A stretch of DNA of 63,988 bases, the filler included, from Octopus bimaculoides (Eukaryota): assembly GCF_001194135.2 (NCBI RefSeq). It is 5 parts of 4 records of this genome, joined end to end, with 100 filler letters (N's around TTAATTAATTAA, not from the genome) between each part and the next. Parts side by side here need not be neighbours in the genome. Positions count along the whole stretch, not along the records: positions 40,603 to 58,756 come from NC_068982.1; positions 58,857 to 62,602 come from NC_068981.1; positions 62,703 to 63,988 come from NW_026399107.1; 2 more parts are not named here. One strand, written 5' to 3'. A program made the position numbers and the translations under genes. The notes under the pieces were generated by a model. The model saw only the letters and a list, made by a program, of their open reading frames with translations. It did no database searches and was not told the origin of the DNA. Of this stretch, positions 53,230-63,988 are shown in pieces (the stretch's first letter is position 1; each line of letters opens with the position of its first letter).

Positions 53230-53945
53230 GGCCTGGAATTAACTAAAGATGAACTCAGCACAGATGGTGCTCAAACCCTATCCAGCCTAAATTTCTATAA
53301 GGCTGACTGGAAGTCACTTAAAAAAACAGATACTCTAACAGGACTGGCCTAAAAGCCTCTCTATGCAAGACATGCGGCAGAGAATAAAGATCTCGAATTG
53401 CTTAAACAAGCACGTCAATGACAGTGACACATTCCACCTGGAGAGAAACTCTTTGAGATTGAAAATAAACTCAAAATCTCCCATGAAAAAGAAAGAGAAG
53501 AAAGAAAAACCTGGGCCGTCGAAGATATAAAAAGAAATCCTAAACCCTTCTACACGTTGGCAAAGGAGTTTGCCTCTGTGCGATATAAGATAGGGCTACT
53601 ATTTGGTAAAAACAGATCATTAACTGCCGACCCGGGGAAGGTAAGTGGAGCACTAAATAAATAATCTCGACGTCTTTTCATTTCTCCACTGGAAAATACG
53701 CAAATAAACAAGCGCTGATGAGTTTTTTTAATGTAACAAATCTATTCGGAAAAAAAGCAACCACTGATCACATCAACATAACGGAAGAGGATGTAATATT
53801 GGTCATAGATGAGATGCGATCAAACTCAGCAACGGGCCCAGATGGAATCCCGGCTGTTTTCTTAAAAACATGTAAAAAGGCTCTTGCAAAGCCACTGCAG
53901 ATACTCTTTTAGAGTTTCTTTGCATGTGGTAAACTTCCCACAGAC
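53230..53945 (+). mobile_element. CR1-type LINE remnant (tether to RT start)
   Basis: LNFYKADW; IKRNPKPFY; ITEEDVILVIDEMRSNSATGPDGIPAVFLKTCKKALAKPLQILF. Confidence 0.85.
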
Positions 53946-54210
53946 AGAGAACGGCGAAGAGGAGAGGAGAGGGAAAGGATTAGAGAAAGGATAAGAGAGA
54001 AAAAAGAAAAGGGAGAGAAGCTTTGGTAAAAAGAATTAGAGAAAGGAAGAGAGGGGAAACGAAAGGGGGGAGGGAAAGACAAAGAGAAATAGAAAGAGTT
54101 AGGAATATAACAATAAGGGTCTCATCGAAATTATTAAGATAAAACTTCCTTGGAAATGGATGCGTGCTGTTCAATCATATGATAATATATATATATATAT
54201 ATATTTATAT

Positions 54211-54257
<47 letters not shown>

Positions 54258-54534
54258 NNNNNNNNNNTATATATATATATATATATATATATGCATATAT
54301 ACATACATATATATACATACTTACATATACATATACATATGCATATATGGGCACAGGATGTCACAGAACGTAAACAACAGGAAATACGAAATACAAAAGC
54401 ATGGAATACGAACTTTGCTTTTGCGAACAACGAAAGAAACAAATGGAAAACAAAACAAGCAACATAAAGAACGACCCTTCATTAGATGTCGGCTGTTTTT
54501 CTGTATTTGGGCGCGCAAGAATGTTTTGAGCAAA

Positions 54535-54780
54535 ATATATTGAGTCGGAATCGCAGATGTGGTAAATGAGTCACGTGATCCGCGCGGAAGAAACTATGAT
54601 CACCAAATCTCTGTTCAATAGTGAACTAAAATATGGAAGTCATCGTCTAGGGTCCCGGAAACTCCGATGAAAGAATGTTCCTAAGCAACATCTTAATGAT
54701 GTTGCCATGGGTGAATTCAGATTGGTTAAGAATATCACAGGTATGATATCGCAAGTGCGCCAAATGATTTAGGAATACTG
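54535..54780 (+). mobile_element. RTE LINE 3' remnant
   Basis: SHVIRAEETMITKSLFNSELKYGSHRLGSRKLR*KNVPKQHL. Confidence 0.65.
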
Positions 54781-55020
54781 TCTTGGCATCGTGAGATTAA
54801 TAAACACAGCATACGTATGCTTTAGAGCGAAGTGTTAGACGAGTACAGAGTGGTAAACAGCGAAGGAGATGAGAAATGAGAAAGATGGTTATTTTATTGA
54901 CTCAAAGTCCACCGCATCTAATAGCAGAAACAACTGTAAGCTAATGTATTTCATATCATAACTAACATAACCATCTTTTACTTTTGTCATTCTTTTTCTT
55001 ATATATATATATATGTGTGT

Positions 55021-55067
<47 letters not shown>

Positions 55068-57499
55068 TGCGTGTTTAGGTGTTTGAGTATGTGAGTATGT
55101 GTGTATGTATATGCGTGTGCGTGCGTGCGCAGCTATTTATTATATTTATTACTGGTAATGACTGGTAAGCCCGAATTTCGCCGAAACTAGCATCAGTTCT
55201 TTGATCAGCCAGGTTCGGTGAAGCGTCGAGGTAAGCAGTGATTAAAAAAAAAATTATTATTTTATTGAATTATTATCGGAAAAGAGTTCTTCATTCAGCA
55301 CATGATCAATGTACGTAAGTACACTACAAACCTATTAAGCAAACCAGACTATTTATAAATACATATACAGATACATACTTATATGCATGCAGACACTTAT
55401 ATACGCGTGTATAAGTATAAACATATAAATATGCACACATACATACACATGTCTGTGACATTTAACTATATATATATATATATATNNNNNNNNNNNNNNN
55501 NNNNNNNNNNNNNNNNNNNNNNNNNNNNNNNNNNNNNNNNNNNNNNNNNNNNNNNNNNNNNNNNNNNNNNNNNNNNNNNNNNNNNNNNNNNNNNNNNNNN
55601 NNNNNNNNNNNNNNNNNNNNNNNNNNNNNNNNNNNNNNNNNNNNNNNNNNNNNNNNNNNNNNNNNNNNNNNNNNNNNNNNNNNNNNNNNNNNNNNNNNNN
55701 NNNNNNNNNNNNNNNNNNNNNNNNNNNNNNNNNNNNNNNNNNNNNNNNNNNNNNNNNNNNNNNNNNNNNNNNNNNNNNNNNNNNNNNNNNNNNNNNNNNN
55801 NNNNNNNNNNNNNNNNNNNNNNNNNNNNNNNNNNNNNNNNNNNNNNNNNNNNNNNNNNNNNNNNNNNNNNNNNNNNNNNTATATATATATATATATATAT
55901 ATATATCCTTCGGAAGTTCTAATAAGGCAGAGCATGTCCTGTTCCTTAAAAGCAGCGAAGAAGATCGTAAAACTTAAAATAGAGAGGTCAGAAACAGGTG
56001 AATATGTATTGTGTTCGAAAAGGGAAAATATAGACCATTATCGAATACAATTTCCATAAGTGGTATGAATCAAAGTGGATGAGGTTAACAAACCGGAAAG
56101 TTGTTTTCATATATTTTACGTCTATTGATAACAAAGTTTATTTCGCTGATATTACCAAAAGTGTATCTTTTCTATTAGTTAGCATCACGTAGAAGAACTG
56201 TATTTCCTGAAAATCACATTTCAATAGATTTTAACTCTTTTTCTGAAATGTGTTTCTGTCTCGCCTATATTCGGAAATACTGTTTGTTTGATTTGAGACA
56301 GAAAAAAAAAAAAAGTTTTGAAAGTGTTATTTGTTAGTAGAATCAAAACTGCAAGAAAACCTTTTAAAATGATTTTAAATATTTTTGCAATTACATTATC
56401 TACATTGATCGTATGTGTGATTCTGTAAGAGAAAAATATATAGAACACATTTTTAGATCGGAGAAAGTTTTCTGTGTTGCAAGTGTACAAAGGAAATACA
56501 TTAATGTTATATACAAAGACAGATTTTTAAGGATAAGTTAAACAACTATTGATCAAAACTTTATGCATTCAAATCGAATTGCTATCGCTTGTACGCTATA
56601 GTCTTCATTATTTATTTTTTGGAAAGGATTGAGTTTGCAGACAGAAAGTCCAGAACATCGGAATTTGTCCTCATAGAAAACACACCACGATCGGTTGTAT
56701 TTTACTTTAGTCTTTCAGAATATCTTTAAAAAATACTAGACATTTATAAATATACCGAATCTGCATTATAAACACAATGCTACTGGTTTCTAGACAGGAA
56801 GTGTATTGAAATGTGGCCTCTTATGTAATTGAAAAAGCTATTGTAATTGCATAGTATATGTACACCAAGTAAGAACATTTGAAAATTCTTAAACGCATGC
56901 AGTGTTCTTGACACTGTGACCGAAGGTAAAAACGAAGATAATTCAAATATTGTTGGTTCTATGAAAGATTATATCATACATAATTTTTAATTGAGAAAAA
57001 TTTCTATAGCTTTATAATTAATATATTCATTTAACATATCTGACAGAAGAAAGAATCTCATCTAACTCATTACTTTATTGTTAAGGTTCGCAATGTCTTC
57101 ATCCGGAAAGATCACCATTGTATCGATTCATGATTTTCACTTGGCTAATTAAGCAATTAAAGGATTCTATTAATACAAATTATATTACGTATTCCATTTT
57201 AACAAATTATATCATTGTGAATCTCAATTTAAATTTCTTTTGCTTAAAATAATTTAAAAAATTAATTAAACCCAATTTGGCGCAATTAAATACTTTAAAT
57301 ATATAACTCGGAATTTCTATTCGAATGAAAATATTGAAATTATGATTATTTTAATTATAGATGACGTAACTCACGAAATGCTAGCGATTTCAAAGAAATA
57401 ATTTGGTCAAATCCTTCCCAAGAGTTTCTTCATTCTTCTGTATTAGTTGGATGAGACAGAGGTTTCTATCTTTATGTCAAACATCAAGAATAAGAAATT

Positions 57500-57787
57500 C
57501 TCAAATGCATGGGTTTTTAATGCACGCACACCCACGCACACGCACACACAGACACACATACACACGCGTACACACACGTACACACACACACATACACATA
57601 CATATATATATATATACACTCAAACACACACCTACATATATATACACTCAGACACAAATGCGCGTATACACACATATACGCACGCACACACACACACACA
57701 CATAAACCCCCACACAGGTACACACATACACACACGTACACACACACGCAACACACATGCACTTACATATATACACCCTGAAACACA

Positions 57788-57883
<96 letters not shown>

Positions 57884-57940
57884 TAGACACAAACGCGCGT
57901 ATACACACATAAACGCACGCACACACCGAGACATATATGT
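57500..57940. repeat. Compound (CA)n/(TA)n array
   Basis: Direct observation. Confidence 0.9.
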
Positions 57941-58485
57941 GGGTATATATATTCGTCTATCGTTGTCACATCTTTATCTAAAATAGCGTCTGAAATATCA
58001 CGAGACCTGACCAAACTGATCAGTCCTAAAATATGAGGAAGAAGAATTTGAGATTTGTTATTAATGTTAATGAAAGCCGCAGTATTTCACTTCTATTAAA
58101 TACTGCGTCTTCTATTACTTTACTGGCGCAGCTGCAGGAAAATTTAAGAAACAAAAGCAATGATCCCAGCTGTGTAACTACCGCTTCATTTGTATTGAGA
58201 TTTGCGCGTAGAAATGCACGATTTTATTCGAATACTTTCTAAAGACTATTTACAAAATTAGCTGACAAACACATGGGAAAATATTGACTATCTTACCGAA
58301 ATGAGAAGTCAAGCCAGCATTTTGTAGTTTACTCATTTAGGAATACCTGAAATTTCTATGGAGATGACAAACTATGTTTGCAGTAATAATTTCGAAGGAT
58401 ACAGATTTATTATAATTTGTCTTATATTTGCTTCACTCATTAGACGGCCGCCATGCTGGGCCTCTGACTTGAAATTTATTGTTGA

Positions 58486-58551
<66 letters not shown>

Positions 58552-58554
58552 AAG

Positions 58555-58756
58555 AGGGCTTTGACAGGAGCCATCATCAATAACAAATGGTGGTTTGCCC
58601 TCAAGAGAGCAATAAAAGCAGAAGCGGTTAGGTATAGCAAAGCACTAGCCATAGACAGAAACAGAGTAGAGGGTGAACTAGTTAAGAAGCTAGAAGAGGC
58701 AATTAGAAGTGGCATCGCATCCGACGTTTTGGCGGCGAGGTTGGCCCTTGACCAAC
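58555..58756 (+). mobile_element. L1/Tx1-type LINE ORF2 tether fragment
   Basis: Open frame KWWFALKRAIKAEAVRYSK...; truncated by gap. Confidence 0.55.
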
Positions 58757-59286
58757 NNNNNNNNNNNNNNNNNNNNNNNNNNNNNNNNNNNNNNNNNNNN
58801 TTAATTAATTAANNNNNNNNNNNNNNNNNNNNNNNNNNNNNNNNNNNNNNNNNNNNTATATATATATATATATATATAGTTTTATATATATATATATATA
58901 TATATATTCTGTTGTGTCTGGGGAGAGTCATTTTCTTATTGTGCCTTAAAATTTAACACACTCACCGGTAAAATTTCCAAAGCCTTGTGAGTGTATTTCG
59001 TAGACAGAAACTGAAAGAGATCAATCGTATATATATGTATATATGTAAGAGTATGTGTGTGTCTGTGTTTCTCTCACATCACTGCTTGACAACTGCTGTT
59101 GGTTTATTTACATCCCCTAAATTTACTGGTATGACAAGAAGAGACTGATAGAATAGTACCAGGCTTAACAAAATTAAAAAGAAAAAGCACTGGGGTCGAT
59201 TCATTCGACAAAAAATTCTTCAAGCAGTGTCTCATATTTTTGTTTGCCCACTCAATTGTATCTATCAATCTAGCTTTCTGTGTATA

Positions 59287-59670
59287 GGCGCAGGTGTGGC
59301 TGTGTGGTAAGTAGCTTAATTACCAACAACATGGTTCCGGGTTCAGTTCCACTGCGTAGCATCTTGATCAAGTGTCTTCTACTATAGCCTCGGGCCGACC
59401 AAAGCCTTGTGAGTGGATTTGGTAGACGGAAACTGAAAGAAGCCCGTCGTATATATGTGTGTGTATGTTTGAGTGTCTGTGTTTGTCCCCCTAGCATTGC
59501 TTGACAACCGATGCTGGTGTGTTTATGTCCCCGTCACTTAGCGGTTCGGCAAAAGGGACCGATAGAATAAGTACTAGGCTTACAAAGAATAAGTCCCGGG
59601 GTCGATTTGCTCGACTAAAGGCGGTGCTCCAGCATGGTCGCAGTCAAATGACTGAAACAAGTAAAAGAGT
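59287..59670 (+). mobile_element. SINE family B, full length, CpG-intact
   Basis: ggcgcaggtgtggctgtgtggtaag...gactgaaacaagtaaaagag. Confidence 0.92.
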
Positions 59671-59717
59671 ACACACACATACACACACATACATGTATAT
59701 ATATGTGCATATTCATA

Positions 59718-61429
59718 TCTATTATATAAAAGTCAATGTCTTTATGTGTGTTCGTGTGTTACTTATAGATTCGGAAACTACTGCACCGATCCTAATGAAA
59801 TTTGGAACACAAAATCCAAGCCGAGGGAGAAGGGTAATGCTGTATGTTTCATACAATTTCATGAACCAAAATTACTGAATGGATCCTTATGATATTTGGA
59901 ACTTAGATTCAATGCATAAGGACGGGTATAATGCAGTATGTTTGTTTTGAATTTGAGGTGGCTTAAAGGGGGCAGCCCCCCCCCCCCNNNNNNNNNNATA
60001 GACATCAAGAAGTATTCCCAAAGTTTCCGCTTCTCATGAAGATTCTAAGACACCCTAATGGGGACCTTAACTCCCAAATTTTTGTCGTTTTTTATGATCC
60101 AAAACTAGGTCAAAAGTACTGAATGAATCTTTATGAAATTTGGAAATTATATTCTATGCATAAGGACAGATGCAATGCAATATATCTTTGAAAGTGAGGG
60201 GGCATAAATGAAGCCATAACCCCCCATGAAAATTCATATATTTTTGCAGTTGATGAAATTTTAACCATAGATATTACACACAAATGAAGTAATAGATCTA
60301 AAATTTCAACTTCTTAAGAGTTAGTAAGACAATGGGGGCTCAAGCCCTACAATTTAGTCATTTTTCCTAAACCAAGACGAATACAATTGTACTCTCGGAA
60401 GTTGTAGGGTCACCCGAGCATACAAGATGAGCATCGTTTGTAATTGTACAACAGTATAAGACTTTGCTTTGAGATATACTAAGATTGTGATTTCTGCAAT
60501 GTGGTGCATTAATTATCAAGTAAAGGAGAGGCATCTTTGCCTCCACTGATTCAGTTGCAAAGTGTTGAGTAAACTTATTTGGTTGCAGACCTCGTTTGAG
60601 TCTTTTTATTATCACTGGATCAGAGAGAGTTCCCAGACGGTAACATCGATTTCAAGGCCTTCCCAGATAAGTGACTAGTTATTCAAAGAGAGTTATAGGT
60701 TGCAAATTTATTATGCCCAGTTACCTATCGGTATAGTGATCATTGGCAAACTCCAGAGGTGACCCTTTCATTTCCCCTTAGCCCTCACGTCACACAGTAG
60801 TTAATGTTTATTTGAGTTGGGTCACTCCCTTCCAGTTGCTATAGATTCGTAATGCATCTTACGGTTGTGCACGTCACCTGTATGGTGAGGAATCCTACAT
60901 TGGGGAGTGGGAACGACTAGGGTAGGGTTGCTGACTGCTTATTGTGATAATTCGTCTTTTGGTTTCCTGTAGCTTTGCTCTCTTTTACAAACCCAGTGAA
61001 CATACATATATTTCCGATTTCAAAGAAATTTAAACAATAGATATAAGACCGAAGTTAAAAAGATTCCCAACAATTCAACTTCTCTGGTTGACTTTTAGAC
61101 CACCCGCTAATAGGGGCCTTAACTCACACATTTTAGAGCTCCATGTGCTCCATGTGCTCCATTTTTCAGGAACAAAAACCTTTGAATAAGTTTCATAAGA
61201 TTTAGATTTTGGAATCTGGGCATAAAGATGAGTAGTATAGGATAAATATGCTATGATTAGAATTTTTGTTAGGATGTGTAAAGAGGGAAAGAACCCTCAT
61301 TAAAATTCTTCATGTGTAATTGTGATGAAATTCGAATCATAGATATTCCAGTTCATTAGAGAAAATATAAAAGAAGAATCTAATTCTTCAATTCCATGTG
61401 ACACGGGCAAAGTCGGGTATCTCTGCTAG
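59718..61429 (+). mobile_element. Non-autonomous Helitron (~1.7 kb)
   Basis: A|TCTATTATATAA start; subterminal hairpin 61401-61418; CTAG|T end; no TSD; internal sub-repeats (59877 vs 60121). Confidence 0.8.
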
Positions 61430-61609
61430 TATTTATATATAAAGATTACTTTAAGATACATGGCGTATTTTATAAATATGTCTGTTCAAGTATCATAAAA
61501 GCATGGAATTATTAGTATAGCTCTCTCGGTTGTGTATTTAAATTTATGTTAATCTCTCACAAGATGACGTACTTTTTTGTTGCTTCTGCCTCTCTTGGAT
61601 CTTCAAACG

Positions 61610-61660
<51 letters not shown>

Positions 61661-61896
61661 GTATGTATATATATGTATATATGTATGTATATTGAGAAAG
61701 AGAGAGAGAGGGAGAGAGAGTGAGAGGGAAGAGAAAGATGAATAAAAGAAAATGGATTGAACGACATTCTTTATTCCATGTCACTACAATTGTTTCTACA
61801 AATCATCTCACCTGTAAGTACGTTGGTGAGATAATATAATTAACATATTGCGTAATCACTACTATCCATCAAAGACGTAAAAATGTGTTTCTTCAG

Positions 61897-61998
61897 GCGA
61901 GCATTTTTAAGAAGTCCTTCGTCAGATCAAGATCGTCATTTCAACCTATTACAAGAATGAATACCCAAAGCAGCGTTGAATGAAAATTAGGCTCTATG
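61897..61998 (+). other. Candidate non-coding/5' UTR exon ending in ATG
   Basis: Acceptor gtttcttcag| and donor ATG|GTAAGT; stops in all frames. Confidence 0.3.
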
Positions 61999-62254
61999 GT
62001 AAGTAGTGGCATCACAACCTACCATTCAACCTAATAGCCATTAAACAAAATACGGCTTACCTTAACAGAGACTATATAAAGGTAAGATGAAGTTAAATAT
62101 ATCACAGTGATGATGGCTTAGCTGGCCGAAGCTTTGAAGTCACTGTCAATACTATTCTTGTTAAAAAATAATAAATTTGTACTCTATCAAATGTATTGAG
62201 TAATCCTTCAAGCAATGTAACATTGGTTTTATTATAACATAAAAACAAACATTA

Positions 62255-62418
62255 GGCGCAGTTATGGCTGTGTGGTAAGTAGCTTGCTTACCAACCACAT
62301 GGTTCCGGGTTCAGTCCCACTGCGTGGCACCTTGGGCAAGTGTCTTCTACTATAGCCTAGGGCCGACCAAAGCCTTGTGAGTGGATTTGGCAGACGGAAA
62401 CTGAAAGAAGCCCGTCGT
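62255..62418 (+). mobile_element. SINE family B head, truncated
   Basis: ggcgcagttatggctgtgtggtaag...gaagcccgtcgt. Confidence 0.85.
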
Positions 62419-62420
62419 CA

Positions 62421-62602
62421 GCCCTTCGATCCCTCCGACGCCGCACGGACATCATCATAAAACCGGCTGATAAGGGTGGAGCCGTGGTGGTATGGCGCGC
62501 GGACCTCTACAAGGCCGAAGCTCTCCGTCAACTTCGAGATACCTCATTCTACCGCCCTCTGCCCTCCGACCCCACGCCCAGCTACCAACAGACTGTGTCC
62601 TC
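62421..62602 (+). mobile_element. Penelope-like element RT fragment (open frame, no ATG)
   Basis: ALRSLRRRTDIIIKPADKGGAVVVWRADLYKAEALRQLRDTSFYRPLPSDPTPSYQQTV; the KPADKG...Y..E..RQL.D..Y..L..DPT motif is characteristic of Penelope RT. Confidence 0.88.
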
Positions 62603-62919
62603 NNNNNNNNNNNNNNNNNNNNNNNNNNNNNNNNNNNNNNNNNNNNTTAATTAATTAANNNNNNNNNNNNNNNNNNNNNNNNNNNNNNNNNNNNNNNNNN
62701 NNACACACATATCTAATAACAGTTTGATTCAGTACCATATGACTTAAAGTTCGTAAGCGCGTAGGATATCTCCATCTCATCAGATAATATTCTTCTAATA
62801 TCTTTTTGGATGGACTTGTTCTACGCGCCCACGAAGTATTTAAGCCATATGGAACTGAGTTAAACTGTTTGATTCTTCCAAGATGCATCAAAATTAGTTT
62901 GTTGAAACACGATATTAGT

Positions 62920-63988
62920 GACGCGTTGGCTAGTCGCACGTGGGAGAGGTCTCCGGTATTGGATGGTCTACCCTTCGAGCTTTATATACATATGCAAAAC
63001 TTGTTTGGTGAGCTTTTGGGAGACGTCTACCGCAACTGGCAGCACAATGGGAGAATACTTGGATCAGTGAGCCGTTGTGTGGTGACGCTACTGAGAAAAG
63101 ATCCGAACAAGGGGGACATTGTTGATAATTTTAGGCCGGTAACTCTGCTAAATACAAATTACAAAATTTTGGCCAAGGTGTTAGCAAAGAGGCTGGCGCT
63201 TATCGTTGAAAGACTGGTGAATGATGCGCAAACTTGCGCTATCCCCAACAAAACTATACGCAACATCCACCTCACACGATAGAGAGGGTTGGTAAAGAAC
63301 CTGACATGGGTGGGGCCTTGATCCATTTGGATTAATCGAAAACTGTTGATAGGGTCGACTATCTGTATTTGGAGGCTGTCCTCAAGGCGGCTGGTTTCGG
63401 TCCTGTTTTCAGAGGCTAGATCGCTGCAATGTACAGCAACATCTGTTCGGTGGTCAAAGTAAATGGCCACTTCTCGGAATCGTTTAGTATTGCACGTTCA
63501 GTCCGTCATGGATACCCACTCTCATCCCTTCTCTACGTACTGACACTCGAACCATTACTGCTGAAGTTGGAGGTTTCGAGGAGTATCCAGCGTAAACTAG
63601 GATGCGGAATTTCGTGTCGGTGTATACGGACGACGTCACTGTGATAGTGTTGGACATCTCGGAAATCGAGATGGTCGACATTACCCTAAGGGAATACGAA
63701 GCGGTGACAGGAACAATGATCAACCAGGAGAAGTAAGTGCGCCTGCAGCTCAGCACCTGGAGAGGTAGGCGCATGCCAACTGACAACGTTGTGGGACGCT
63801 GGACAGAAGGACATGTTAAGTTGCTCGGGGTCTAGTCCGGCCCGGATCTCCAAGGGGTGACAGGCAGGATGGCCAGTCTCAACTAGAAATAAACCGAGAG
63901 GAAGCTGTCCCTGAAAGGTCGAGTGGAGATGGCAAATGCATACATCGCATCCGTCATATACTACCGCCTAACTGTCGTCCCTTGCCCT
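62920..63988 (+). mobile_element. L1/Tx1-type LINE reverse transcriptase, disrupted, runs off the window
   Basis: SPVLDGLPFELY...NFRPVTLLNTNYKILAKVLAKRL; SVRHGYPLSSLLYVLTLEPLL; YTDDVT; multiple stops and frameshifts. Confidence 0.9.

Noticed and set aside
54560-54745. Apparent promoter (GTCACGTGA, CGGAAG, ATTGG) with a donor at 54740
   Set aside because: The same bases translate to an RTE C-terminal remnant (SHVIRAEET...SELKYG)

Overview
Repeat-dense, AT-rich, gapped eukaryotic scaffold. The SINE/LINE families and microsatellite load look like an octopus (cephalopod) genome; this is inference from repeat content, not verified. There is no prokaryotic operon, CRISPR array or recognisable multi-gene system. 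The only well-supported host coding sequence is one ~1.9 kb exon (11940-13809, +) encoding a low-complexity, probably disordered protein with no recognisable family. The rest is SINEs of at least four families, decayed LINEs (RTE, R4/Dong, CR1, L1/Tx1, HERO-like), a Penelope-like RT fragment, DNA transposons and MITEs (Tc1, maT, mariner, Merlin, hAT, Tigger-like), two Helitron copies, microsatellites and N gaps. Most noteworthy: (1) a same-orientation stack of R4/Dong LINE pieces bounded by (TAA)n at both ends; (2) a Merlin-signature MITE carrying telomere-like repeats nested in a Tigger-like MITE; (3) a ~22 kb CpG-eroded block bounded by two unsized gaps; (4) a ~470 bp inverted-repeat pair around ~3 kb of mostly unique DNA; (5) an open Penelope RT frame missed by the ORF track. 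I found no demonstrably new biological system. Most long ORFs in the track are N-run or microsatellite artefacts. Coordinates for decayed elements are approximate.
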